A stretch of 64,000 nt of DNA from Phaeosaccion multiseriatum (taxonomy: Eukaryota; Protista; Ochrophyta, other classes), in NCBI GenBank assembly GCA_965112735.1, contig OZ218951.1, positions 5,924,964-5,988,963 on the forward strand, in the 5' to 3' direction. The position numbers were made by a program, and so were the translations under genes. Within the stretch, counting starts at the first letter, position 1. Every line of letters starts with the position of its first letter. The notes under the pieces were generated by a model. It did not search any database. It was given only the letters and a program-made list of their open reading frames with translations, and was not told the origin of the DNA. Shown here one piece after another: positions 37,296 to 49,471 of this stretch.

Positions 37296-37808
37296 TGGGA
37301 AGCAACCGCGCTGGCGGTGGCTGCAGCAGCCATGGAGAACGCCGCCGCTAAGATAGAGAAGGATACAGAGGCGGCAAAAGCAGAGGGGCAGGCGGCGATG
37401 GATTCGGCCTCACGGGAAGCGGGGAAGGCGATAAAGGTCAAAGCAGCAGAGCTGGGGGTGACTCCAGGAGAACTGGAGCAAAAAGAGGTCGAGGCAATAC
37501 TCAAGCCGGCGTTAAAGGCGACCTCCGCACACGAACTGATGATGATTGCCGCCATCATGGAGAGGGCGTCCTCTATTGTCGCCAAGGCAGCAAATGCGGC
37601 GGCGGAAGAAGCGGGGGCGGTGGTGGCGGCGAACGTGGCAGCCAGGGCAGCAAGAGATGCTGGAGCCGCCACCGAGGCACCAGTGGCGGGGGCGGACCGG
37701 GAGGAGGAGGAGGAGGAGGAGGAGGAGGAGGAAGAGGAGGAGGAGGAGGAGGGAGGAGGAGGAGGAGGAGGAGCAGCAGCAGGAGGAGGAGGAGGAGGAG
37801 GAGGATAG
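36639..37808 (+). CDS. Ala/Glu-rich hypothetical protein ('gene X') sharing its N-terminal ~215 aa with SHMT; probable signal+transit peptide
   Basis: Intronless ORF. The N-terminus is nearly identical to the SHMT extension (MVASLALVARSAVC-FAGPP), followed by a unique Ala-rich helical region and a poly-Glu tract. The C-terminal frame is uncertain within (GAG)n. Confidence 0.6.
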   Translation: MNMAAKQQHRRRCKAPLIKMVASLALVARSAVCFAGPPTFGIDRSGSPKKAPCTYGATPPHECGGGTRRQSSRRMQARRGAFAGPVAAAARRRGRALPRRGRAGLAMVPSGVGSGRAEAESEVAAAEAAAASGPDSPVQIEQLAEAAKAAALAIAAAATDTVAAKVAQAAAQAVDAAAADEKTAARAATVAGATDEAWEPTPAGAGPTATDAENDEAEPWEATALAVAAAAMENAAAKIEKDTEAAKAEGQAAMDSASREAGKAIKVKAAELGVTPGELEQKEVEAILKPALKATSAHELMMIAAIMERASSIVAKAANAAAEEAGAVVAANVAARAARDAGAATEAPVAGADREEEEEEEEEEEEEEEEEGGGGGGGAAAGGGGGGGG

Positions 37809-38515
37809 AGGGGGGAGGATGAGGGGAGAGGACACGAGTCTAGATAGAATAGATGCAGAAAGGTTTTAATTATAAGGCGTGGGTAGAAACAGCGCGAAAA
37901 CCAGAGCCAAGAGCGGCCAGGCAGATTCAGATAAAAAATATGCAGTATATATATATAAAAGGAAATTGAGATCAGAGAAGGCGGCAGAGTGCAGTGTACT
38001 CGCTGTTCCCTGCAATGACAGACCTCCTTCCCTCTGCATCTGCCCGGTCGAGAGTGGCAGCTTCTTGGCCTTTGAATAATTTAAGGCCGTGCAATGCCCG
38101 GCTTGTGTATCTATCACCTGACTTATCATTGCCGCCGCCTCTGTGGCTCAATGTGCCGATATCCCTTTGCCGCGGCTCTTTGAATGACTCATTTCTGGAA
38201 CAAGCTCTGCCGCCGACGCTGCAAGCGCTGCTATCTCTCCGCCATAAGAACCCAGTCCCATCTCCTCTTGGCAGTGCTATTGACACTCCAAATCCCCCCC
38301 CCTCCTCCCTGCACTGTCTGTGCAATTTTTACACAATATTTGTCTTGCCGTAAGCCCTTGGTACGGTTTCCCTGGCACCGGACTGAGCACCGACCACCAC
38401 ACGTCGCTGCCTTCGTCACCCCGCCTCCTTCCCCATGTCATCTCTGCATCCTCCCCTCCTGCCCTTCTGATGTTGGCGGACGGCCATGCGCACGCCCCCC
38501 AGCCGCCCCATCCAC

Positions 38516-40719
38516 TCACTCGCGATTCTTGACGATGACGTGGACTTGATCGGGCTGCACATTTTTTTGGGCAGTTGGTGATTCGGCAGAAGAAGGAGGA
38601 GGGAAGAAGACGGGGGGGAGAGATGGTGAGAAGGGGACGAGCAGGGCGGCAGCACGTACAGGCACGCACCCCCAGAGCGAAGGATGTGACGGCGCGTGTC
38701 TTAGGCTTGGTCTCGTCGGGGCGCACGTCGAAGCGCTTGAAGATGCCCGCCAGCGCCGCCACGGCCTCAAGCTGAGCCATCTCCTGGCCGGGGCAGCGCC
38801 GCACTCCGCCCCCAAAGGGCGTGGCGTGCTGCGGCTTGTGGTTCACCGTCGTCGTCGTCACGGCAGGCGCGCCACGCGGGGATAGCGCCAGGAGAGCCTC
38901 CTCGCGCTCCTCCTGCGAGAGCCAGCGCTCGGGCACGAAGTCGAGTGGGCGGCTGAAGTTGGCCTCGTCGCGGGCGATTATACCCAACAGGCAGAACACC
39001 ACAGAGCCCTGCTCGAGGTGGGTCCAGAGAAGAATAATGAGAACAAAGCAATACTCTTGTCGCAGGAGCGTTTGAGTAGGCACGTGACCGTGCTCGCACA
39101 GGAGTAGCCGTGCATCCGAGTGGAGGAGGGTGGGTGGGGGAACGAAATACGCACCTTGGGTCTTACCCTCCCGCTGGGCAGAGTCGTGTCCGACAGGGCC
39201 TGCATAGCCAGGTTGGAGGCGGGGCCATACAGTCTGAGCGTCTCGTGCACCACGGCCTTGGTGTAGCGCAGGGCCTCCAGCTGCTCGAAGCTGTCCGGCA
39301 GAGCGCCTGGAGAGGGCCCCAGCATACTGTCGAGCTCTCTCTGGAGCTTGCGCTGCTTGTCGGGGTTGGCGGCGAGCAGGCTCACTGCAAAGGCGCAGGT
39401 TGCACCCGTGGTGTCCCGCCCTGTGTGTTTGGTGTTGACGAAGCAGGGGAGGGAAAAAGCAGGAAGGCGTCAGACAACAGGAAATAGCCCCCCGCACAAG
39501 CACGACGCTCAGTCTTGCTCAGGCCAAGTGCAAGCCCCACAGGCGCGGCGCTCACCTGCGACGAGGAAGCTCTTGAGCTGATGGAGGATAACGGTGTCGT
39601 GAGCTTTCTGCTCCTTGGCAGAGAGCTTCTTGCGATCTGCTTGCTCTACTTGCTGGACCATCTTCCTCAGCAAGACCCCCGTTCCCCCATCAGTCGCCTC
39701 GTCTCCTCCGTCACCACCACCGGTGCTCTTCACGCCATCCCCGTGTTGCTTCTCCCCCTCGACTGTCCCATCCTTGTCTGTTCTGGCTGCGTCCAGGAAA
39801 GTCTGCATGAGGTGCTCAACGTACGCATCTGCCTCCAAGAACGCCTTCTTTCTCGGCATGAGGAAGGACAGCGCCTCCGGCACCACCTTCCACTGCATTG
39901 CAAAGAGCGGATCGAAGAGGAGACTCTGCATCACTCCGAAGTACGCCTCCAGTGCGGCGGAGGTCTTGGTGTCCGGATCGTCGGTGAAAGCGCGAAGGTC
40001 GTGGGAAAAGCCAATCTGGGGACCACGTGAATGAGCGTGTGCAGGTTCAGGAAGGAGTAGAGTATGCCATGTCGACATCCATTGCAAACTCCTCGCCCTC
40101 CTTAGCCCATACGTGCGCATCATATGCTTACCTTTACAGTGGTTGCGGTGAAGAGAGTGGTGAAGCTTTCCTTCGCATCCACCCTCCCCCCGGGAGCGGC
40201 AGCCCACACACCCAGCATCCTCCGCACCATCTCATTCACCGTCGGGCAAATGACGCGAATGTTCTTGTGCAAAAACCCCGAGGAGATGAGCCGTCGAGTC
40301 ATTCCCCACTCCTCTCCTTCGGCTCCAAACACGCTCTTCTCCAATCCCTTCGACACAGCCTGGAGCGCCTCCCATCTTCGAAATACCTTGGGTCGCTTGC
40401 TGAGTACAAACGCCACGTCGACGGGGTTCGTTACGCAAACAGTTGCGTATCCTCCAATGTTGAGGTCGTATTCGCCCCCGAAATGCTTGTGCCAATACTC
40501 GAGGTAAGTGTGTATTGTAGAGAGGTCCTTGATCATGCCCAGATGACCACCGAGAGGGCCCAGCCAGCCAGGCAGACCGGGTGGGCTATTTCGCTGTTCT
40601 TTCAGAGAGGATGAAACGCTGCGCCACACGACTAGCATGCAGAAACAGGAAAGAGAAAAAAATATCCGTCCCCATGGCACCTCCCCCGTCGCCAGGGAGT
40701 TGCTGACAAGCCACCCCAT
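38516..40719 (-). CDS. Cytochrome P450, paralog A (5 exons)
   Basis: N-terminal TM + PPGLP hinge; I-helix FLVAG|RDTTGAT; K-helix HETLRL (ExxR); FVPERW; heme motif PFGGGVRRCPG; last exon PDQVHVIVKNRE*. Confidence 0.92.
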
Positions 40720-40849
40720 ACTCTCGTTCTTTTAATCCAAACTTCGACGACCAGGCATGGAGCAGAGCTAGACGCTAAGACGGGGGAGGGCAGGGCAGGC
40801 GCCTACTTTATTGACTTAATAGGAATCACCTAAGAAACTGAAAGTGTGA

Positions 40850-40910
<61 letters not shown>
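40850..40910. repeat. (TG)n microsatellite in the spacer between the divergent P450 genes
   Basis: About 29 TG units. Confidence 0.95.
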
Positions 40911-41125
40911 GTGCAGGTGTCGCTGTGTCTCCGGGGCCCTAAAGGAGCCGGTAACTCCCCCTCTAGGGCGGGGAGGGGGAGTGCGGGACGGGCAGGGGAG
41001 GGAGGGAAGGGAAGAAGGGTATAGCCGTAGCCAACTGTGAATCGGGATGTAGAACACACCTTCTGCTGACTCGAGCAATTAGATCGCAGAAAAAAGAATA
41101 AAATCGCAATATTGGAAAAGGAGAA

Positions 41126-43781
41126 ATGGACGCAGTGACGGGAGAGGGATCGGGTGGTGTTGTGCCATGGTGGTGGGTCTTGTCTCTCCTCTGCTGCTTC
41201 GGGTTGGTCGTGTGGCGCAGCTTTTCATCCTCTTTGCAAGAGAAGTACAATACGCCGCCCGGTCTTCCTCGCTGGCTGGGACCACTCGGTGGTCATATCG
41301 CTCTCCTGGACTCAAGGATGCACGAACACCTCGAGCACTGGTACAAGTATTTTGGGGGCGCGGCGTTTGACATGTACATTGCGGGGTATCCTACTGTTTG
41401 TGTGACAGACCCCGTCGACGGTGAGTGATTAGCTCACCACAGCGAAGTGTCTAAGTGTGTTCGTTCCTCCTTTTCTCTCTCTCACCCCCCCCCACTATTC
41501 ATTCTATCCTCACTCCCTTTAGTGTGTGTTTCCAGATGGGCTCATCCTCTTTTTCGCTCCGCTCTCCCCTTTAGTGGCTTTCGTGCTGACCAGGCGACCA
41601 AAGTTGTTTCGTAGATGGGATATGGTCGACCAGATGTTGAAGGGCATACACGCCGAGCGCGGCGTATTTGGAGCCGAAGGAGAGGAGTGGGGAGTGGCTC
41701 GACGGCTCATTTCCTCGGGCTTCTTGCACAAGAACATTCGACTCATTTGCCCGACGGTCAGTGAGATGGTGCGGAGGATGCTGGACGTGTGGGCGGTCGC
41801 TCCCGGGGGGAAGGTGGACGCGAAGGAAAGCTTCACCACTCTCTTCACCGCCACCACAGTGAAGGTAAGTATGACGGATTAAAGAGGAAGGGGAAGAGGA
41901 AGGGTAGCTGCACTTGTTGCGCATGGAGGGGCTAGACTGGGCGTGCAGTGTATGCCTCATCTCAGGCTCAGACTCCTTCCTGACCTGCACCCTTCCCGTG
42001 GCCCTAGATTGGCTTAGTGTATGCCTTATCTCAGGCTCACACTCCTTCCTGACCTGCACCCTTCCCGTGGCCCTAGATTGGCTTTTCCCACGACCTTCGA
42101 GCCTTCACCGACAATCCGGACACAAAGACCTCCGCAGCGATTGAGCGGTACTTCGGAGTGATGCATGGTCTCCTCTTCGATCCGCTCTTTGCACTGCAGT
42201 GGAAGTTGGTGCCGGAGGCGCTGTCCTTCCTCATGCCGAGAAAGAAGGCGTTCTTGGAGGCAGATGCGCACGTCGAGCACCTCATGCAGACTTTCCTGGA
42301 CGCAGCCAGAACAGACTTGAAGGGTGGGGCAGGGGAGGGGGGCAATGGCCCGGAAAGCACAGGTGCTAATGGGGGAGGTGACAAGACGAGTGCGGGGGGA
42401 ACGGGGGTCTTGCTGAGGAAGATGGCCCAGCAAGCGGAGCAAGCAAATCGCAAGAATCTCTCTGCCAAGGAGCAGAAAGCTCATGACACCGTTATCCTCC
42501 ATCAGCTCAAGAGCTTCCTCCTCGCAGGTGAGCACCGCGCCTGTGGGGCTTGCACTTGAGGCATGAGCAAGACTGAGCGTCATGCTTGTGCGGTGGGCTG
42601 ATGCCTGATGTCTGACGCCTTCCTACTTTTTCCCTCCCCTGCTTCGTCAACACCAACCACACAGGGCGGGACACCACGGGTGCAACCTCCGCCTTTGCAG
42701 TGAGCCTGCTCGCCGCCAACCCCGACAAGCAGCGCAAGCTCCAGAGAGAGCTCGACAGCATGCTGGGGCCCTCTCCAGGCGCTCTGCCGGACAGCTTCGA
42801 GCAGCTGGAGGCCCTGCGCTACACCAAGGCCGTGGTGCACGAGACGCTCAGACTGCACGGCCCCGCCACCAACTTGGCTAATCAGGCCCTGTCGGACACG
42901 ACTCTGCCCAGCGGGAGGGTAAGACCCAAGGTGCGTGCCTACGTAGGTCGTCGTGTGTGTGTTGCGTGGCAATCTGCGTGGGCAGGGGCAGGGTAGGGAG
43001 ACAGAGCACAGTTTGACAAAGGGATGATGCAAGCCCCTTTCCAAAGAAGCCGCAAACGGCTCCCAGCTGCTCCTGTGCGAGCCTGGTCACACTCTCTCCT
43101 TAAATCCTCCTACCACTGTGTAACGGTATTGCTTCGTTCTCATGTTGCGGCCGGCCCACCTCGAGAAGGGCTCTCTGACGATGTGCCTGATGGCTGCCAT
43201 GGCCCGCGACGAGGCCAACTTCAGCCGCCCACTCGACTTCGTGCCCGAGCGCTGGCTCTCGCAGGAGGAGCGCGAGGAGGCTCTCCTGGCGACCCCGTTG
43301 GGGGGAGGGCAGTCCCAGGGGGGTGCGCCTGCTCCGACGACGAAGACAGTGAACCACAAGCCGGACCTTGCGATACCCTTCGGGAGCGGAGTGCGGCGCT
43401 GCCCCGGCCAGGGGATGGCTCAGCTTGAGATCGTGGCGGCGCTGGCGGGCATCTTCAAGCGCTTCGACATGCGCCCCGACGAGACCAAGCCTAAGACACG
43501 CGCCGTCACATCCTTCGCTCTGGGGGTGCGTGTGTGCGTGAGTGTGTGTGTGCGTGTGTGCGTGTGTGCGTGCGTGCGTGTGTGTGTGTCTGAACTGGAG
43601 TGGAGCCTTTTCATTGTTTGGCGACCTCAAGAGTCTGAGAAGGAGGCGAGGATGGTGCTCGCTGCTCGCTGCCCCCCTGCTCGTCCCCTTCTCACCCCCC
43701 ATCCCCCTATCCTCCTTCTTCTGCCTAACCCAACTGCCGCAGCCCGATCAAGTCCACGTCGTCGTCAAGAATCGCGAGTAG
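41126..43781 (+). CDS. Cytochrome P450, paralog B (6 exons); inverted duplicate of paralog A
   Basis: Exons 41126-41420, 41575-41864, 42078-42527, 42665-42930, 43169-~43525, ~43743-43781. Motifs FLLAG|RDTT, HETLRL, FVPERW, PFGSGVRRCPG. Confidence 0.92.
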
Positions 43782-44060
43782 CGATGCGGCGGGCGGGGTT
43801 TGCCCGTCGGAGCCATGCCCACTGAGCCCAAAAAAGGGCTGTACATTGAACATGCTCAGCTGGGGGGCTTACGCGACAGCTGGGGGGCTCGGTGAGCTCC
43901 ATTCGAAAACACCCTCTCCCACAGATTACTTCACTTACTTTTTTGTAAGAGAAGTGTTGTCTATTAATTTAACACAGCAAAGGTCAAGGCTAAGCAAAGC
44001 CGCTATGTGCCCAGTCACTGCGGTGCTTGTCACAACCCCCTGATGCCGCTGCTGCCTGCT

Positions 44061-47000
44061 TCAAGCCCTGCGTGCGGGCGCTGATACGGGTGTGTGCTGC
44101 TGTCCCGCGGGTAGAGCGCGAAGTGTCCACAGCAGCTCATCCAGGCTTGTGTGCGCCGGGCCAGGGCAAGCGTGCCCCCCTGGGCCTGCCCCGCCCCCCT
44201 GAGCACCGTCAGCAACAGCAGCAGCAGCAGCAGCAGCTAGGTCGCTCTCCTCCCCTCCCTCCGGTGCCGCTGCTCCTCTGCCGCTGCCTCGCCCATCGTT
44301 CTCTCCCCTCCATCTATACATGCCCTCCTTCTCCTCCCGCCGATGCTGGTCCCGGTCCTGAGTCCTCCTTGCCTCGCTCAGGAGGCGCACAGCCACAGCC
44401 GCTCTCTCCGCTCTGTTGTCTCTGCTGCTGCTGCCCAATGTGCTGCTGCTGTCCCTGGGCACGGGAGAGCAGTCGATGGAGCCCATCATCGGATGAGTGG
44501 TCTCTACGGCGGGGCGTGGTGGAGGGCCGCCGTGAACGGAAGATGCGAATGATGACGTCGTGAGGAAAGACACGTCCATCACGGCGCCTCTCGCCCTGTA
44601 CCCAGAGAGAGACAGAGAGGGGTCAGAGAGAGACGGGGGCGGGCCTTTCGCACCCATCGCCGCCCCTGGGGCACTCTGCGGGGAGGAGGAGGAAGGGACA
44701 GCACCGCTCACAGCGGAGGGCCCAGGGAAGTCGGATGGGGGTCGGGGGGGGCGGTGACAGCGGACAGCAGGAGAGGAGATGGAGTCGGCCAGGACCACAG
44801 CAGCAACATTAGCAGCTGCAGTTGGTGACACAGTAGCCCTGCCGCTGAGAGACGACGTTGTGCGTGAGAACACATCTGAGGGCAGTCTCTCCTCCCTGCG
44901 CGCACTGCCCCGAGGGTACGCCTCGATGTCGGCGCTGAAGCTCCCCATCCTCGGCCTCACTCTGCTGCGGCTGCGGCGCTGGATGGAACAAGGTGAAGAA
45001 GGTGCTTCTCGTGTGCCGCCCTCGACCCGACGCATCCTCCCGCTCTCTCTTGTCTCTCTCGCCTCTTTGGCGTCTCTGTCTTCTCTTGTCTCTCTTGGGG
45101 CAGTCCTTGCGCGGACTAAAGACGCATGAGCGACAGGTGAAGACGCCGAATCCGAGTCCGTGCGTGGCTCAGCGCCCGTCGAGGGACGCGCGCGCTCCAC
45201 ATCCGACCATGCCACGGCTTTCCCAGCTCCTGCTCCAGCTGCTCCTTCTCCTCCTCCTCCTCCTTCTCCTCCTCCTCCTCCTCCTCCTCCTCCTCCTCCT
45301 CCTCCTCCTCCTCCTCCTCCTCCTCCTCCTCCTCCTCCTTTCCCTCTACTACTAAGCCCTCCGCCTCTTCGTGGAGCTGCTACGGCCAAGCCTTCTCCTG
45401 CCCCTCCTCCTGAGGCCGTATCACCAACTACTGGTGGGGTAACTGTCGCTTGCCAAGCTGAATCCCCCCCGTCCGCCCTGCCCAGCGCCGTCTCGACAGA
45501 GCCAAAGGAAGTGCCCCTCGGGGCATACGCTTTAGTGCCTCCACCGTCCCCTGCGCTCCTGCCTCCCCTCCTTCTGCTTGCAGGAGTAGAGGAAGAGGCG
45601 ACTCGGGACTCCTTCCCCGCTCTGCCTCGCCCCCCGGGGGGACCCTCTCTAAGCTGACTCCTCTGCTCCGATGCAGCCGTCGCGGACAGCACTCTGCTGC
45701 TGCTGCTGCTGCTGCTGCTGTGAGTCACTCTTGTGCCCCGTGGGGTCTCACACCCCTCTCCGGCTCGAGCATCGGCAGAGAAGGTGTCTGCTTGAGGTTG
45801 GCGGCCTCTGCCGCTACTGCTCATGCTACTGTTTGTCATGACGCTGCTGCTCGTGCCGCTTCTTCTTTTGCTCGCGGACGATCTTTTCCCGGAGGAAGTC
45901 ACAGCAGCCGCAGCAGCACCTGCAGAGGCCGCAGCGAGGGCAGGCCCGACCTTGACCCTTCTTCCCGCTGCTGCTCTGACTCTTCGCCTCGCTGCAGGTC
46001 CTTTCACGACACTGCGTCGTGCCGTGCTTGGTCGGGGCGTAGAGGAAGCATATGGTGTTACCTTGGCACTGGCCTTGGCATTGACTCTCCTCGACGGGCT
46101 GCGAAGAAGTGCCCCCCCTTCCAACGAGCGCTCTCTCTCTTGCTTGGGCCCCATGCCGAGCGCGTGTGCCTCTGTCGTCTGTCCTGCTGGCAGGGCTATG
46201 CGCGCGCTCACTCCTCTCTCCCCTCCCTTCTCCACCGACGCGCCCTCCATAGGGGCCCTTCTCAACCCTCGAAGCTTCTCTGCGAACGCTTCAATCCCTG
46301 ATCCCTCCTCTCTTCCTCCTCCTCCTCCTCCTCCTCCTCCTCCTCCTCCTCCTCCTCCTCCTCCTCCTCCTCCTCCTCCTCCTCCTCCTCCTCCTCTTCG
46401 TGTCCCTCCTCTCTCCCCTTGCTCCATCTCACCTCCCAGACGAGACGTGTGGGCCAGTACGTGCATCAAAGACGAAGCAGAGGCCGATACACCGTACACG
46501 GAGTCATTCTCTGCAAACAAAGCCCCCCCTCGGGACGATCCGGCTGGTGCTGCTGCCGCTGCCGCTGCTGCTCCCCGTCTATACTCCTCCAGATGCGCAT
46601 TGGCGCTCGTCTGTGCGAGGAGCGAGCGCACCTCGTGGCGAATGCTTTCAGCCTTGGCGCGGCGCTTCTCGTCCTCCTGCCGGCTGTGCATCGCCTCCAG
46701 CTGCACGTGATTGGGGGTGTGAATGGGGAAAAAGAAGGTGGAAGGGAACAAAAGATGAATGCCTAAATGGGCTTGGATTGTGGGTTCGGCGGACAGGTAG
46801 GGGGGGGAGTCGGGAAAGGAGGCCCTGCTGCTCCTCCTCGTCGCCAATCCAGAGAAAAGGCTCCAAACTATGCGACTACATGCTGCACTTCCATGACGAC
46901 GACAAGCCATGGGATGGTTGCTGACGGTCGCTTCTCCCTCACCTCCACTGCGTCGTGAGCCCTGCCGGCCTCCATCTGCTCGAGCTCATGCTGCAGAGCG

Positions 47001-48418
47001 CTGATGCGCCGCTCCTGAGAGTGGAGGCGGGCAGAGAGGGCCACACGCTTCTTGCGGGCAACCTAAGCTTACGTAAGGGGTGGGAGTTGATCGGGTGGAG
47101 AGGGAGAGAGGGAGGGAGGATCTAAGGAGGTTGGTGAGAGTGGGGAGCCTCTGAGTACGTTGTTCTCATTGGGGGGGGGGCAAAGCTTTGACTGCACAGC
47201 CTCATTGGCCCTCCCATTCATTCTGCCCGCCGATTGAGCCCACGCGACGGCCTCCCCTACTCCCTTCCTTCCTTCCTGCCCTGCAGCCGGCTGCCCGCCT
47301 CTCCTGCCTGCCACCGCCCGCCTGTGCTCTCGTGGCTACCGACCCACCTCTCTGACGGCCTGAATCCTCTTCTCGCTCTGCTGCTCCAGCTCCGCCACCT
47401 TGCCCAAGAGAACCTTCTCGAGTTTGGCCTGCATGTCAAGCGCCATGGCCCTCCTCTTGGCCCTCCCCTCTGCCCGCTTGCGCTGGCTCCAGTCCCTCTT
47501 TTCCCTCTGCAAAGCCTGTGCTTGCTTGGCTTCGAGCTGGGCCATCTGCTGCCTTCCCTCCTCCGCCGCTCGCTGCTTGGCCGCCTCAGCCTCCCTGCAC
47601 GAGGCGGGAGAGAAGTGGTGGGGTGGGAGGAGGGAGGGTTGGTGTGAAGGCCGGAGGAGGAGGAGTGCACGGTATACACTTCTACCACAGGAACGAAAGA
47701 AAGACCACAAAGCGGTACATGCTGATTTGTGATTGGGAAAGAGGGGGCTGCACACTCGCGTCAAGTGCCAGAAGAGAGCAGCTCCACCGGCCTTTCGCCT
47801 TCACACAGCGCCAATACTCTCTGACCCCCAGCGTCCCGTCCCTGCATGCCCTGACCTCTGACACGACCCCCTCGCGCGCCCTCTTTGGCAAGTGAGCAAT
47901 CACTCAGAGGCGTCACTGCCTCCCTCCCTGCCCTACCCACACGTACCTGGCCCTCCCGTCCGCCTGCTCGATGCGACTCTCCCCTGCCCGCGCACATTCC
48001 TCTGCCTGCTCCAGTCTTTCACTGAGCACGTCCCTCTCCCTCACCGCCTGCGCCTCTCTCTCCTGCGCCTCTGCCAGGGCCGCGTCATGGGCCTCCACCT
48101 TCGCATTGAACACGTCTGCGCGTTGAGGGGGGGTCAAAAGTCGAGCGTCAGGCGGGCAGCGGTAGTTGCGATGGCCTTGGTTAGCTTCACAAGTGCCACT
48201 CTGTATGAGCATATACCTGTCTGCGCGGCGCGTAGAGAGCATTCCCTGGCCATGCGGGTCTGTGCGGCGTCTCTTTGGTGCTCCAGGTCGACCATTGCCG
48301 TCTGCATGAGAATGTGTAATGGGATTCGGTACATCATGGGGAGTAGAAGGGAGTGGAAGCACAAGCAGTGGATGAGAGGCCAATGATGAGAGAAGCAATG
48401 ATGGTTTCCGTCGGGCGG

Positions 48419-48449
<31 letters not shown>

Positions 48450-48989
48450 TCTCCAATCTTTGTGTGAGTGTCCCAACTCCCACCAGCAGAAGTAGCAGTA
48501 GCAGCATCAGAAAAAGTAGCAGCAGAATCAAGACCAGGCACCAAAGGCCGCATCTCTCCTCCATCCACACACCCTTTTTTCTTTTGTCTCCTCCCTCACC
48601 TGGATGCGTGAGATGAGCGTGTTGACCCTCGTGTAAACTTCGTCCGCTTTGGTGTGGGGAATGAATTGTGAAATGAGCAGCAGCACGTCGCTAATTACGC
48701 CACTCACGAGCACAGCAGATGAGGGAGGCATAGCTGCGCTTAAGATCAATAAAGCAAAAAGCAACAGAGAGAGAAGATATTTAGCAACTGGCGGTTGGGC
48801 AGTTGGTACTTCGTGAGCAGCTGGGCAGCGGCGCAGCAGCTAACTTCGCTCACTCTTCGGAAGCTGTTGCATGGGTTGGTGGGACCTTGGGAAGGTCATA
48901 GTTGTTGCCATCGCAGCTCCCAGCGCGTGTGTGTGCATCCTGTTAGCCGGGGTCTGCGGCTGTTTAGCGGCCTGCCCGGGATTGTTCAT
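44061..48989 (-). CDS. Hypothetical multi-exon protein: N-terminal coiled coil plus long Gly/Ser/Arg-rich disordered region
   Basis: Heptad-rich exons (e.g. KVEAHDAALAEAQEREAQAVRERDVLSERLEQAEE; QMAQLEAKQAQALQREK) flanked by GT/AG sites, and a ~2.6 kb open frame with two poly-Gly (GGA)n tracts. Exon structure approximate. Confidence 0.55.
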
Positions 48990-49298
48990 CCCCACTCTTG
49001 ACAGAGAAAAGCTCCTTGAGCTGCCGGTGGAGGAGGGCGAGGGGGACGACAGAAGCGAACGGAGATCGACGAACGAGGGTGGGGAGAAGGCTGTCTCTGT
49101 AGAGGCAGTGGACGAGGAGCGGGGAGCCGTCTGAGGCGAGCAAGAAAGGAGGGCATTCGTCCAAGGGGAGGCCGAAAAGTATCGGGAACGGGAGGCCAGG
49201 ACCGCCTCTTGGAGCCCTCCCACTTGAGGATTGGCACAGTGGTGACGCGACACACACGGGAGAAGAAGACATCCATGAAACAATAGAGACGGGGGGCA

Positions 49299-49429
49299 AT
49301 GCCGGCACTGAAACTCTTCGGGAAGCGTCTGCCTTTTGCAGGGGACGACCTCGCCATACCAGGATGCTGTGCTTTCTTCTCTCGGCTCATGTGGATCACG
49401 GCAGTGGCGATACTGATGGTGAGCTCAAG

Positions 49430-49471
<42 letters not shown>

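Noticed and set aside
35987-37672. 561-aa minus-strand ORF and other long antisense ORFs (e.g. 25691-27103, 18432-19640)
   Set aside because: GC-rich antisense shadows of recognisable genes with no motifs of their own.
37560-37808. Idea that gene X's Ala-rich + poly-Glu tail replaces the missing P0 C-terminus
   Set aside because: There is no DDMGFGLFD-like motif, the P0 stop is intact, and gene X appears to carry an organellar presequence.
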